Virus record (IMG/VR): IMGVR_UViG_3300020122_000238
Coordinates: 1 to 64,000 of that record
Direction: 5' to 3' (one strand)
Length of the DNA stretch: 64,000 nt
The position numbers were made by a program, and so were the translations under genes. Under the pieces are notes generated by a model that saw only the letters and a list, made by a program, of their open reading frames with translations, was not told the DNA's origin and did not search any database. Below, one piece after another: positions 1 through 10,116 of the stretch (position 1 is its first letter; every line of letters begins with the position of its first letter).

Positions 1-1914
1 AGCAAGTACGCTCGGTATCTCCCGGAGCAACGACGGCGAGAAGTCTACGCTGAGACGGTGGCCCGGGTGGAAGGCATGCACTGCCAACAGCACCCTGCTT
101 TCGCCGAGGAGATCAAGGAGGCCTTCGACATCGTCCGGGAGAAGCGCGTGCTCCCGTCGATGCGTTCGATGCAGTTTGGGGGTGACGCCATTCTGGCCAA
201 CCACAACCGCATCTACAATTGCAGCTTCTCCCTCGTGGATCGGCTTGATGTCTTTTCCGAAGCTCTCTTCCTACTCCTCTCGGGGTGTGGCGTGGGCTAT
301 TCGGTCCAGTTCGATCACGTCGAGAAGCTCCCGACGATCCCGTACATCGACCCCACCAAGATCCGGCATCACGTCGTCGAGGATACCATCGAGGGCTGGG
401 CCGATGCGCTCAAGGCTCTGCTTCGGAGCTACATCGATGGGGTCTACCTCGAACTCAGCTACTACAAGATCCGGCCGGCTGGGACGCCTCTCCGGACCTC
501 TGGGGGACGTGCTCCCGGCCATGTGAAGCTCAAGGCATCCCTGGAGTACATCCGGGGGGTCATGAACTCCGTACAGGGGCGGAAGCTGCGTCCTGTCGAG
601 TGCCACAGGATCATGTGTCACGCCGCGGATGCTGTCCTCTCGGGGGGCATCCGTCGTTCGGCGATGATCTGTCTCTTCTCCTTGGACGACTCGGAGATGA
701 TCAACGTCAAGACGGGGGACTGGTATGTCCGTGAGCCCTGGCTCGCGAACTCCAACAACTCGGTCGTCCTCAAGCGTGATGACGTGCGGAAGAAGAGCTT
801 CAAGCGCATCTTCCAGATGACGAAGCAGTGGGGCGAGCCCGGCTTCTACTTCACGAGCGACTATGACTACGGGACCAACCCCTGTTGTGAGATTGGTCTC
901 AATCCAAACCTCAAAGTTACTCCTGAAATTCAAGCATTTCTTGCTCGGGAGTTTATCTTTACGGAAGTGGGCGATACCCTCACGGGGTGGGCCTTCTGCA
1001 ACCTCTGTGAACTCAATGCAGCCCAGTTCACGAGTCTCGAAGACTTCCTGGCAGCGGCAAAGGCAGCCACTCTCATCGGGACGCTTCAGGCCACCTACAC
1101 GGACATGCCCTACCTTGGGATCGTGTCCGAGCTGATCGCCAAGAGGGACGCGCTTCTGGGCATCGGGATGACGGGGATGCTCGATGCTCCCCACATCGCC
1201 TGCAATCCGGAATATCAGCGGGAAGTGGCGCTGAAGGTCGTCCAGTGGAACGCCGAGTACGCGGCCCGTCTGGGGATCGAGCCCGCAGCCCGAACGACGT
1301 GCGTCAAGCCCTCGGGGACGACCTCTCTGGAGCTGGGTTGCGTTGCCTCGGGGCATCATGCCCACCACGCCCGACGCTACATCCGCCGGGTGACTGCGGA
1401 CGAGATGGAGTACGTCTTCCAGGCCTTCCGGGCTATCAACCCACACATGTGTGTGCGTAAGCCTGATGGGAAGTGGGTGATCGAGTTCCCCGTCGAGGCG
1501 CCCGCTCTGGCAACGGTGAAGGACGACATTACGGCCCTACCCTTCCTCGACATGATCCGGTCGACGCAACAAAACTGGGTCATCCCCGGAACGGCGCGTC
1601 CCGAGTATTCTCCTGGTCTTACCCACAACGTCTCCAACACGGTGACGGTTCTCCCCGAGGAGTGGGACAAGGTTGCGGACTACCTGTGGGAGAATCGGGA
1701 GTTCTTCACGGGGGTCTCGATGCTTGCGGCCACGGGAGACAAGGACTACGCGTTCGCCCCCAACGAGGCGGTCACGACGCCTGTTGATGAGGCGAGGTGG
1801 AACGCCATCTTGGCCGGCTACAAGCCCGTCGACTACACGATGATCGTCGAGAACACGGACGACACCAACCTCAGCAATGAACTCGCTTGTGCTGCGGGTG
1901 CCTGTCTGATCTAG
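1..1914 (+). CDS. nrdJ: Class II (B12-dependent) ribonucleotide reductase, 5'-truncated by window edge
   Basis: Frame open from base 1 (SKYARYL...); GGIRRSA, TNPCCEI active-site loop, VKPSGT, C-terminal CAAGAC redox pair. Confidence 0.92.
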   Translation, partial: SKYARYLPEQRRREVYAETVARVEGMHCQQHPAFAEEIKEAFDIVREKRVLPSMRSMQFGGDAILANHNRIYNCSFSLVDRLDVFSEALFLLLSGCGVGYSVQFDHVEKLPTIPYIDPTKIRHHVVEDTIEGWADALKALLRSYIDGVYLELSYYKIRPAGTPLRTSGGRAPGHVKLKASLEYIRGVMNSVQGRKLRPVECHRIMCHAADAVLSGGIRRSAMICLFSLDDSEMINVKTGDWYVREPWLANSNNSVVLKRDDVRKKSFKRIFQMTKQWGEPGFYFTSDYDYGTNPCCEIGLNPNLKVTPEIQAFLAREFIFTEVGDTLTGWAFCNLCELNAAQFTSLEDFLAAAKAATLIGTLQATYTDMPYLGIVSELIAKRDALLGIGMTGMLDAPHIACNPEYQREVALKVVQWNAEYAARLGIEPAARTTCVKPSGTTSLELGCVASGHHAHHARRYIRRVTADEMEYVFQAFRAINPHMCVRKPDGKWVIEFPVEAPALATVKDDITALPFLDMIRSTQQNWVIPGTARPEYSPGLTHNVSNTVTVLPEEWDKVADYLWENREFFTGVSMLAATGDKDYAFAPNEAVTTPVDEARWNAILAGYKPVDYTMIVENTDDTNLSNELACAAGACLI

Positions 1915-1932
1915 GTGGTGTAGCGTGTCGGT

Positions 1933-2265
1933 ATGCTCCGTTATACTGACACAAATAAGATGTTGAAGGGTATCCGTGAATTCTCCCTTCAACATTCCGG
2001 TACGATTGTGTCGTCGAATGACGACGAAGCCAATATGTTGGTTGGCTTCGTCGCGATTGCTCCGGGGGTACTTCCTGAAGTTTTCACCATTCGAGCCCAA
2101 GACTTGAAACAGACCCTTCCGTTGAATGTCTACCAACGAGAAGCCATCCTGCATGCAGTGGGGAGAGTCGATTTGGCGAGTTCCTTGAGCAATTTGCGAT
2201 CGAACCAAGAGGTCGAACCGAGGGTTGACCCTCGGACATCTTGGGAGGTCCTCCTGGACGACTGA
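1933..2265 (+). CDS. Hypothetical protein
   Basis: 110-aa ORF filling the gap between nrdJ and ligA, preceded by the GGTGTA-N10-ATG motif. Confidence 0.65.
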   Translation: MLRYTDTNKMLKGIREFSLQHSGTIVSSNDDEANMLVGFVAIAPGVLPEVFTIRAQDLKQTLPLNVYQREAILHAVGRVDLASSLSNLRSNQEVEPRVDPRTSWEVLLDD

Positions 2266-2282
2266 CGGTGTACTCGTTGAGG

Positions 2283-4268
2283 ATGGATTTCGACGAGATG
2301 ATGGACCAGGCGAAGAACCAAATGGTTGACGTTCTGGAGAAGAAGATCAACCAGGCCCGCCTCGACTACTTCAACGGAACCCCCACGGTCCTCGACGCCG
2401 TCTTCGATGGCTGGATTGCCGAGCTTCGGGAAATCAAGCCCGATAGCACGGCGATCACGGCCATCGGAGCCCCCGTGCCGGTCGTCTCGGAGTGGAAGAA
2501 GGCTTCCCACGGGTACGTGATGGGAAGCCTCGACAAGGTGAACACGCCGGTTGAGATGAACCTCTGGGCTGCCACTACAGCCGGCAAGAACGAAGCTCTC
2601 TTCATCACGGAGAAGCTTGACGGGATCAGCATCGACCTTAAGTACGAGGACGGAATGCTGATCCAGGCGATCACCCGCGGGGATGGGATCGAGGGCGAGG
2701 ACATCACATCCAACGTTCAGCGCATGAAGGGCGTCTCGAAGTCGGCCGTGTATCGCTCCATCATGGGGTCTGAGCGTCCCTTCACGGGGGCAATTCGGGC
2801 GGAGATCGTCCTCCTGAAGAGCGACCTCAAGAAGCACTTCCCCACCTACGCCAACCCCAGGAACGCTGCCTCGGGGATCTCGAAGCGGTTCGATGGGACC
2901 GGCTCCGAGCACCTCTCGGTCATGGCCTACGAGATCGTCGAGGGCAACGTTCAGCCTGTGACCGAAGACGAGCAGTTCAAAATGCTCCGGATGATGGGGT
3001 TCGTGACGCCCCCCTACAACACCTACACCCCCGGGTCTGACGCTCGGGGCCCGGTCGAGTACTGGAAGGTCTACCAGGAGACGGAGCGGGCTCGTCTCGA
3101 CTACGAGATCGACGGGCTCGTGATCCGCATCAACAACCTCACCAAGCAACACGAGCTGGGGGAGAAGGATGGCCGTCCCAAGGGAGCCGTTGCTTTCAAG
3201 TTCGAGGCGGAAGGCAAGCTCACGACGATCACCAAGATCGAGTGGCAGGTTGGGGGGACGGGTCGAGTGACGCCCGTGGCCATCTTCAACCCTGTCCACG
3301 TCATGGGTGCGACGATCACCAACGCGAGCGTCTACAACCTCAAGTACATCCGTGACCTGGGGATCGGCGTCGGAGCCGAGGTCATGATCGTCAGGGCCAA
3401 CGACGTCATCCCGCGGGTCGCTGCGGTCCACCAGAAGCCTGAAGAGGTCGAGGAAGGCCCTCTCAACTGTCCTGTCTGCGGGACCAGCACGGAGATGGAG
3501 GGCGAGTACCTCATCTGCCCGAACACCCTTGAATGCTCCGCTCAGTCGGCGGGCCGGATCAAGCGCTACGTCCAGGTCCTCGACATCAAGGAATGGGGCG
3601 ATGGCCTCATCGAGAAGCTCGTGGATGGGGGCCACGTCAAGACGGTCATGGACCTCTACAAGCTCACGGTCGAGAAGCTCTCCAGCATCGATCGCATGGG
3701 GGACAAGAGCGCGTCCAAGGTCCACAAGCTCCTCTGGGCCAAGAACCCGATCCCCCTGGAGGAGTTCTTGGGAGCCATGTCGATCTCTGGTTGTGGGTCT
3801 TCGACCTTCCTCCTCTTGATGGACGCGGGCTACGACACGATGTCTGCGATCCAGGCGGGGAGCTTGGAGACGTCGAAGGCCATCGCGGGGAACCGTACGG
3901 GCCCCTTCCACTCCATCGCGGGCATCGGCCCGGTGAAGGCAGGCGACCTCGCCAAGTGGTTCACCAACCCCACGAACGAAGCCATGCTCCAGGAGATTCT
4001 GACCCTCGGGATCGAGATTCGGGGTCGGGTCAAGGGAACTCTCACGGGGCAGTCTTTCTGCTTCACGGGCAAGAGCACTCTCCCTCGGAAAGAGCTGGAA
4101 ACCCTCGTTTCCGACAACGGCGGTGTGGTAAAGTCTTCGGCTGGCAAGGGGGTCACATACCTCGTCATCGCCGACCCGGACTCGACGAGCACCAAGGCCG
4201 TCGCAGCTCGAAAGGCGGGGGTCTCGTGTATCTCTGAAGAGGCCTTCCTCAAGATGGCCGGTCGATGA
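2283..4268 (+). CDS. ligA: NAD-dependent DNA ligase
   Basis: EKLDG adenylation motif, TRGDG, NPRNAA, YEIDG, Cys zinc finger (CPVC...C...C), C-terminal BRCT (FCFTG); start placed at ATG 2283. Confidence 0.95.
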   Translation: MDFDEMMDQAKNQMVDVLEKKINQARLDYFNGTPTVLDAVFDGWIAELREIKPDSTAITAIGAPVPVVSEWKKASHGYVMGSLDKVNTPVEMNLWAATTAGKNEALFITEKLDGISIDLKYEDGMLIQAITRGDGIEGEDITSNVQRMKGVSKSAVYRSIMGSERPFTGAIRAEIVLLKSDLKKHFPTYANPRNAASGISKRFDGTGSEHLSVMAYEIVEGNVQPVTEDEQFKMLRMMGFVTPPYNTYTPGSDARGPVEYWKVYQETERARLDYEIDGLVIRINNLTKQHELGEKDGRPKGAVAFKFEAEGKLTTITKIEWQVGGTGRVTPVAIFNPVHVMGATITNASVYNLKYIRDLGIGVGAEVMIVRANDVIPRVAAVHQKPEEVEEGPLNCPVCGTSTEMEGEYLICPNTLECSAQSAGRIKRYVQVLDIKEWGDGLIEKLVDGGHVKTVMDLYKLTVEKLSSIDRMGDKSASKVHKLLWAKNPIPLEEFLGAMSISGCGSSTFLLLMDAGYDTMSAIQAGSLETSKAIAGNRTGPFHSIAGIGPVKAGDLAKWFTNPTNEAMLQEILTLGIEIRGRVKGTLTGQSFCFTGKSTLPRKELETLVSDNGGVVKSSAGKGVTYLVIADPDSTSTKAVAARKAGVSCISEEAFLKMAGR

Positions 4269-4432
4269 GCGACCGCGATCTCTGGTGCCTTTTCTACACG
4301 GCGGCCCTGACGAGGGAGCACCTTTCTGCAAAAGGTGCTGCCAATCGGGCGGATGAAGCTCTTGCCGAATTGAGGGCAAGGGACGCAAAGAAAGCCTTCG
4401 ATAAACCCGAGGGTAGTTACCGACAAGGGTGA
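4265..4432 (+). CDS. Small hypothetical protein (55 aa, MSDRDLWCLFY...)
   Basis: ATGA overlap with the ligA stop; fills the gap to recD2. Confidence 0.55.
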   Translation: MSDRDLWCLFYTAALTREHLSAKGAANRADEALAELRARDAKKAFDKPEGSYRQG

Positions 4433-4437
4433 GCTGA

Positions 4438-6720
4438 ATGGCGACTATCAGTGGCGTGGTTCTCTCCATGCGATGCAGGGGAGAGAACGGATTCTGGGTC
4501 TTCAAGATGGTGGTGGACGACGCTTCGCCCAGTATCCCTGAGACCACGGCAACGGTTGCTGGTCGTCTGTTCGGTCTTGTCCAGGTGCGCCCTGGAACGA
4601 CGGTCGGGTTTCAAGGTGAGTGGAAGTCTCATCAGAAGCACGGCCGTCAGTTCGTTCCTTCGGGGTGGCTCCCTTACACGAGACAGACACAGGATGTGGA
4701 GAGGTTCCTCTCCGATTGCATCGAGGGCTTCGCTGAGCCGGGCCTTGCGAAGCTCGTCGCGGATCGCTTCGGGATGGAGACCTACCAGGTCCTCTCGAAC
4801 GAACCGGACAGGGTTCGCCTACTCGCGGGGGAAGACGACCCCCTACGAGAGAAGCTCGACCGAGCCCTACTCTTGTGGGCGCAGTCAAGGTCGTTGAGCG
4901 GGCTCGCGGCCTTCCTCAAGGACTACGATCTTCCTTCCCAGCTCGTGGAGCAGATTTCGCGAGCCTTCGGGGTTGGGGCGCTGGAGACGATTCTACAGGA
5001 CCCCTACCGGCTCCTCGAAATCGCGGGCTTTGACTTCGCGAAAGCGGATCGTTTCGCCCTTCGCCTGGGGATCTCGATGGGGGACCCTCGCCGTATCGAG
5101 GGGGCCATCCTGTGGGTTCTTCGCAAGGCTCTGAACCAGGGCCATCTCTTTCTTCGCCGGGGAGACCTCCCCCAGAGCATTCACGAGATGCTCCAGGAAG
5201 AGCACGCTGAGCCTTTTGAGGGGCAGGACCTACCCACGACGGTGGCGGAGGGTCTCCTTCGCCTGGAGGCCCGCAAGACGGTTCGCGTGGACCCGGGCGT
5301 TGGGGTCTACCTTCCTCAGTCGTTCCTCTACGAGCGGGAGGCGGCGAACAAGCTCGCTCGCTTCAAGACGCCCGTCGACCTCCAGATCGATCTTGGGGGG
5401 TTCCTCGAAACGTACGAGAAGAATCAGCGGATTGGGTTGTCGGAGGCGCAGAGGGCTGGCGTTCTCCAGCTCATTCAGAATCGGGTCTTGGTTCTCACGG
5501 GACTCCCTGGTACGGGCAAGACGACCTTGGTTCGCTCGTTCGTCCACCTTTTCAAGGCGGCCGGGATCTCGCACATGCTCATGGCCCCCACGGGGATTGC
5601 TGCGAAGCGTCTGGCAGCCGTCACGGGAACGGATGCGATGACCATTCATCGGTCGCTCCGGTACGATGGAGATGGTTGGGGGTACAACAGCTACAACAAG
5701 CTCCTCGTCGGGGCTGTGGTTGTCGACGAGATGAGCATGGTGGATCAAGAGCTGTTCTATCGGCTCCTGGATGCCCTTGACCCGAGTGCCATGCTCGTTC
5801 TTGTGGGTGACGATGCACAGCTTCCTTCGGTGGGAGCGGGCAACGTTCTACGCGAGCTTCTCTCGTGTTCGGCGATCCCTCATGTGCGGCTCACACAGAT
5901 CCATCGTCAGGCTTTGACGAGTGAGATTGTGCAGGCGGCCCACAAGGTCAACCGGGGAGAGACCCCGACCCTCAACAGCACTCCGTCAGAGTTCCAGTTC
6001 GTGAACTGCTCCGATGAGAGCACGATCGCGGACCTCATCGTGAGGATGGCGGTCAAGCTCAAGGAACGAGACGCCAATTTTCAGGTGCTGTCCCCCAAGT
6101 ACGCTGGTCCTGTGGGGGTCGACAACTTGAACTCTTGCTTGAGGGAGGCGCTCAACCCAGCGGACGACAACAAGAAGGAGTACAAGCTCTTCGATACCCA
6201 TTTCAGGGTTGGGGATCGACTCATGGTCATTCGGAACAACTACGACCTGAGTGTCTACAACGGCGACATGGGCAAGCTCCATGATGTTCGCAAAGACGAA
6301 CTGGTTGTTCGGATCCACGGGGTGGGAGCTGGCAGCGTGGATATGTATGTCGACATCCCGAAGGAGAAGGCTCCCGAGATGCTCCGGCTTGCCTATGCAA
6401 CCACGGTCCACAAGAGCCAGGGCTCGGAGTACGACACGGTGATTCTACCTGTGGTGAAGAGCCAGGGGAGGATGCTGCAACGCGAGCTGTTCTATACGGC
6501 CATCACGCGAGCGAAGCGGAAGGTGTGGCTCATCGGGGAAGCTAATGCCGTTGAGCGGGCTGTGGCGAACGATCGCGTGGTTTTCCGGAACACGGTTTTC
6601 GGTAACGCCGTGTCGGAGGCTGTTCGAGCTTTCCTTGGTGTAGCTGTGGGCCATGAACGAAACGAAGACGGAACCGGACTCGCAGAAGCAGAGAAGCCCC
6701 CTGGACAGTCTCAATCCTGA
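4438..6720 (+). CDS. recD2: RecD2-like SF1B helicase
   Basis: GLPGTGKT, APTGIAAK, DEMSM, GDDAQL, YATTVHKSQGSEY, YTAITRAK; N-terminal OB/HhH region. Confidence 0.93.
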   Translation: MATISGVVLSMRCRGENGFWVFKMVVDDASPSIPETTATVAGRLFGLVQVRPGTTVGFQGEWKSHQKHGRQFVPSGWLPYTRQTQDVERFLSDCIEGFAEPGLAKLVADRFGMETYQVLSNEPDRVRLLAGEDDPLREKLDRALLLWAQSRSLSGLAAFLKDYDLPSQLVEQISRAFGVGALETILQDPYRLLEIAGFDFAKADRFALRLGISMGDPRRIEGAILWVLRKALNQGHLFLRRGDLPQSIHEMLQEEHAEPFEGQDLPTTVAEGLLRLEARKTVRVDPGVGVYLPQSFLYEREAANKLARFKTPVDLQIDLGGFLETYEKNQRIGLSEAQRAGVLQLIQNRVLVLTGLPGTGKTTLVRSFVHLFKAAGISHMLMAPTGIAAKRLAAVTGTDAMTIHRSLRYDGDGWGYNSYNKLLVGAVVVDEMSMVDQELFYRLLDALDPSAMLVLVGDDAQLPSVGAGNVLRELLSCSAIPHVRLTQIHRQALTSEIVQAAHKVNRGETPTLNSTPSEFQFVNCSDESTIADLIVRMAVKLKERDANFQVLSPKYAGPVGVDNLNSCLREALNPADDNKKEYKLFDTHFRVGDRLMVIRNNYDLSVYNGDMGKLHDVRKDELVVRIHGVGAGSVDMYVDIPKEKAPEMLRLAYATTVHKSQGSEYDTVILPVVKSQGRMLQRELFYTAITRAKRKVWLIGEANAVERAVANDRVVFRNTVFGNAVSEAVRAFLGVAVGHERNEDGTGLAEAEKPPGQSQS

Positions 6721-7087
6721 GCTGAGGGCAAAACTGACGAAGCTCCAGTCCGAAGTCTCTCTCAACAAGCTCACGACTTCATTTTCGATCGAGGAACGTA
6801 CGCAAGGCGGAAAGAAGAGCACCTTCTACTCCGCCACGGCCAGTCGGGGACACGGGGCTGAGGTAACCCAGTTCCACGCTGACGCCCCTTCGATTGGCTT
6901 CAACCCCGAAGAGGTCCGGGTGGTTCGGTGCCTTCTCGCCAAGCACGTTGTGGGGGCCACCTACGACGACGCGGCCAAGCGGGGGATTCTTGGTCGTAAG
7001 CAGGCGGCGGAGGAAGCCAAAGCCATCCTCAACGCCTACGATGAGGCCATCGTCAAGATCCTCACCCCCAACGAGACCAAGGCATGA
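6653..7087 (+). CDS. Hypothetical protein
   Basis: 144-aa ORF with GGTGTA-N10-ATG upstream and ATGA coupling to the next gene. Confidence 0.7.
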   Translation: MNETKTEPDSQKQRSPLDSLNPELRAKLTKLQSEVSLNKLTTSFSIEERTQGGKKSTFYSATASRGHGAEVTQFHADAPSIGFNPEEVRVVRCLLAKHVVGATYDDAAKRGILGRKQAAEEAKAILNAYDEAIVKILTPNETKA

Positions 7088-7857
7088 CCCCCGAGCAAAT
7101 CAAGGTCATTTACAGTACCATCACCAGGTTGACGATCGATCTCCACTCGGACCCTTCGTCGTTGGGTCCGAAGTACCTACAGGACGTCACGGCGACCTGC
7201 AACAACTACAAGAACGAGGTCTCGGGGATCCTCATTCAGTTGATGCAACAGAAGCACCTCGTCACCCGAGAGCTTCAGACTCGGATGTCCGCCTACCAGG
7301 TCTCCTTCGATGACCTTCTGGCGAACAACCAGCACGTCAGCCGGCTCCCGAACATCGAGGATCGCAAGGCAACGGCCAACGTGATGCTCCGGGAAGATCG
7401 TCAGGCCATCGCTCGGCTCGAAGCGGAGCAGAAGGACCTGGAGTCGATGGAGAAGGTCGTCCGACATCGCCACAAGGAGCTGTCGGACACCATGGCTGCC
7501 ATCAAGGTTCAACGATCGCTTATCAGGGATGAGCTTGACACGAAGTCCTTCTATGGGGACGAGCGGATCAACAAGCTGCCTGGAAGCGGTGGTGGATCGT
7601 CCTCTCCTCTCGGAGGGGATGACGTCAACGAAGAGGAGCTGCTTCTTCTCTTGGAGGGGGACACTGCAAAGGCTGTGGAGCCTGATGCAGCCGAGCCTGA
7701 GCCCGTGGTCGTGGTTCCCACCACGAATCGGTCTCCTGTTCTCCCCTCGGTCACGGCCGCAGAGACCTCCGACGAGCAAGCCATTCAGAACTTCCTCGGA
7801 GCCTCGCCGGCAATCGTCACTGAAGACGATTACGAGGACGTATTTTCAGGACTTTGA
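7084..7857 (+). CDS. Coiled-coil protein, possibly a UvsY-like recombination mediator
   Basis: Helical N-terminal half, acidic tail, located beside the SSB-like and RecA genes; function inferred from context only. Confidence 0.5.
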   Translation: MTPEQIKVIYSTITRLTIDLHSDPSSLGPKYLQDVTATCNNYKNEVSGILIQLMQQKHLVTRELQTRMSAYQVSFDDLLANNQHVSRLPNIEDRKATANVMLREDRQAIARLEAEQKDLESMEKVVRHRHKELSDTMAAIKVQRSLIRDELDTKSFYGDERINKLPGSGGGSSSPLGGDDVNEEELLLLLEGDTAKAVEPDAAEPEPVVVVPTTNRSPVLPSVTAAETSDEQAIQNFLGASPAIVTEDDYEDVFSGL

Positions 7858-8009
7858 TACGTCCGTAGGGTACAATCGGCGACCGGCAAAAACTGAGTCC
7901 TCTCAGTCGGAGTCGGTCGCAACAAGGGTTCAAACGTCGTCCTTCGCTACCCGTCGTAACCGACACATGTAGCAGTGAAGGCGATTTCACACCGAAAGAG
8001 TGCAGAGCG

Positions 8010-8900
8010 ATGAGCATCGATCCGTTCACTTACGATTCCTTCGACGATGACGTGGGTCTGGGCGAGGAGGACAAGAGCAACTTCAAGCAGCGCGAAGAGT
8101 GGCTGAAGATGACGAAGGGCCAGATCCTTCGCGGCTCCTTCGTGTACTTCCACTCTGCGGACGTGGTCGGGGTCCAGCGGGCCAACAAGGCTGCCAAGGA
8201 CAAGGGGGAGAAGAACACCCCCGAGCAGATGAGGGCGATCGGCCAGAAGATCCTGGCGGAGCGTGCCGAGTCTCTGGGCAAGAGCGTCGACCAGCTCACG
8301 CAGGTCGACAAGCTCTACCTCGACGAGTGCAAGTTCAAGCGCATGAGCTTCCACTACCAGCAGGGCATGGGCTACGTGCTGAGCCGTCTCGGCCTCGATG
8401 GGGCAGAGGCGGACTTGGTGTGGAAGCGGCTGGAGGCGCCGAAGACGGCGTACACCACCCTCCTGATTCTCTACCCCACCGACCGGAAGGGCGAGATCAA
8501 CAAGGCCGCTCTCGCGACCGACTGGCAGATCATCCCGTGGCGCTTCGGCCAGAAGGGGTACGAGACGATCTGGAAGCTGAACGAGGGCCTACGTCAGAAC
8601 AACATGGGCTTGCACACCCAGGATCTCAAGCTGGAGTGCAAGGACGCGCAGTACCAGAACATCGACGTGTCGTTCGTCGGTCAGGCCATCTGGCGGAAGG
8701 TCCCCAAGTTCCAGGCGGCGGTCCTGGACAAGGCTGTCAGCATGTACGACAAGCTGATGCCGTTCCGGGATATGACCACGGACGCGGTCCGTGCGAAGCT
8801 TGGGATGGGCGGGTCCTCGGTGTCGGACATCGGGGCTGGGGCTCTCGGCGCGGCAAACGCCAGCGTCGGGGACTTCACCGACCTTCTGGATCAGGTCTGA
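8010..8900 (+). CDS. Putative single-stranded DNA-binding protein
   Basis: About 300 aa, strongly biased codon use, acidic/hydrophobic C-terminus (GDFTDLLDQV), own terminator, replication context. Confidence 0.55.
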   Translation: MSIDPFTYDSFDDDVGLGEEDKSNFKQREEWLKMTKGQILRGSFVYFHSADVVGVQRANKAAKDKGEKNTPEQMRAIGQKILAERAESLGKSVDQLTQVDKLYLDECKFKRMSFHYQQGMGYVLSRLGLDGAEADLVWKRLEAPKTAYTTLLILYPTDRKGEINKAALATDWQIIPWRFGQKGYETIWKLNEGLRQNNMGLHTQDLKLECKDAQYQNIDVSFVGQAIWRKVPKFQAAVLDKAVSMYDKLMPFRDMTTDAVRAKLGMGGSSVSDIGAGALGAANASVGDFTDLLDQV

Positions 8901-8913
8901 TACCCTGGTAGGA

Positions 8914-8952
8914 GACGGGGGAGGAGCTTCGGTTCCTCCCCCGTCCTCTTTG
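8914..8952 (+). terminator. Rho-independent terminator
   Basis: Stem GACGGGGGAGGAGC, loop TTCG, stem GTTCCTCCCCCGTC, followed by CTCTTT. Confidence 0.8.
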
Positions 8953-9004
8953 GGTGCAACCATGCTGAAATGGCCCAACATTGGGGCACTCTAGGTTCCG
9001 AATC

Positions 9005-9658
9005 GTGATTGTTTTGGGCTTGGATCCGTCTTTGACTGCCCTGGGATGGTGTGTACACGACTCTGAGGCTGAAGGTCCTGAACGCATTGTTGGTCGAGGC
9101 TTGATCTCGACCGTCGCGAAGGACATCTTCGTTCAACGCTACATGACGCTTCGTGAGGGCGTGGGTGATCTGCTCGACAGATACTCCGCGATTGAAGCCG
9201 TGGGCGTGGAATCCCCTGCATTCGGAGAGCAGTGGTCTCCAGGGGCTTATGCCCTTTTCATCATGGTGAACGAGGCGATCTACACTCGACGCAAGGATGT
9301 GGTGTATTTCGATCCGGGCACTTTGAAAATGCTTACGAAGGTCGACCCCAAAATCAGATTGGGGAAGATGTTCAAAGCAGATATGGTGGACGCTGCCAAA
9401 GCGGACACTGGTCTCAAAGGGCGTATCACACATGATGAAGCAGATGCCTATCATGTGGCTCGGTTTGCCGCTCGTTTCTGGCTATTTCTCAAAGGGGCCA
9501 TCCTCGAAGACAGCCTATCTCCCGCAGAATATCAAGCATTCGCCAAGATACACACCTTCACAAAAGGGGATCGGGCGGGTCAGACGGTGATGCAGGGGGC
9601 GGCATTCAAAGAGAATCGTCGTTTCTTCCGCTTCTCTCAACTTGATACACCCAAGTAA
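9005..9658 (+). CDS. ruvC: RuvC-like Holliday junction resolvase
   Basis: VLGLDPSLTALGW, VGVES, HDEADA acidic motifs. Confidence 0.85.
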   Translation: MIVLGLDPSLTALGWCVHDSEAEGPERIVGRGLISTVAKDIFVQRYMTLREGVGDLLDRYSAIEAVGVESPAFGEQWSPGAYALFIMVNEAIYTRRKDVVYFDPGTLKMLTKVDPKIRLGKMFKADMVDAAKADTGLKGRITHDEADAYHVARFAARFWLFLKGAILEDSLSPAEYQAFAKIHTFTKGDRAGQTVMQGAAFKENRRFFRFSQLDTPK

Positions 9659-9681
9659 AAACATGTAAGTCTTGTGGGAAG

Positions 9682-10116
9682 GTGAAGCCTCTGGCGTCTT
9701 TCTACGATCACCCTCGTACGAAATTGGGGGTGGGAGTCAACTGCAAGCAGTGCATCAGTGAGAAAGGCCGAGGAACATACGATCCTCAAAAAGGACGCGA
9801 TAGTTACCAGAGGCGCCGGACGAGTATTCTTCTTCGGGTGAAGAATACTCGTGATACTCGTAAACACGAGTACATAACTCTCCTCGGAGGGCGGTGTAGA
9901 GATTGTGGGATTGCCCCTGGTAGTGAGTGGCCTATTGACGTGTTCGATTTCCATCATCTTGGAGTAGAAGACAAGGATATGGAGATAGGTCACATGCTTT
10001 CAAAAAAGAACCAAGAACAAGTTCGAGCTGAAGTTCTGAAGTGTGTTTTGCTGTGTGCAACCTGTCATCGACGCAGACACGCATGGCCAAATTTCTCCCA
10101 ACTGGAGTCTAAATGA
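9682..10116 (+). CDS. HNH endonuclease (homing-type); start uncertain
   Basis: CRDC...FDFHH...CVLLCATCHRRRH; N-terminal KPLASFY...CKQC knuckle; lower GC than its neighbours. Confidence 0.8.
   Translation: MKPLASFYDHPRTKLGVGVNCKQCISEKGRGTYDPQKGRDSYQRRRTSILLRVKNTRDTRKHEYITLLGGRCRDCGIAPGSEWPIDVFDFHHLGVEDKDMEIGHMLSKKNQEQVRAEVLKCVLLCATCHRRRHAWPNFSQLESK

Noticed and set aside
2130-4547. Long antisense ORFs (e.g. 805 aa here, also 19413-20972)
   Set aside because: Shadows of GC-rich, codon-biased plus-strand genes with no recognisable motifs.
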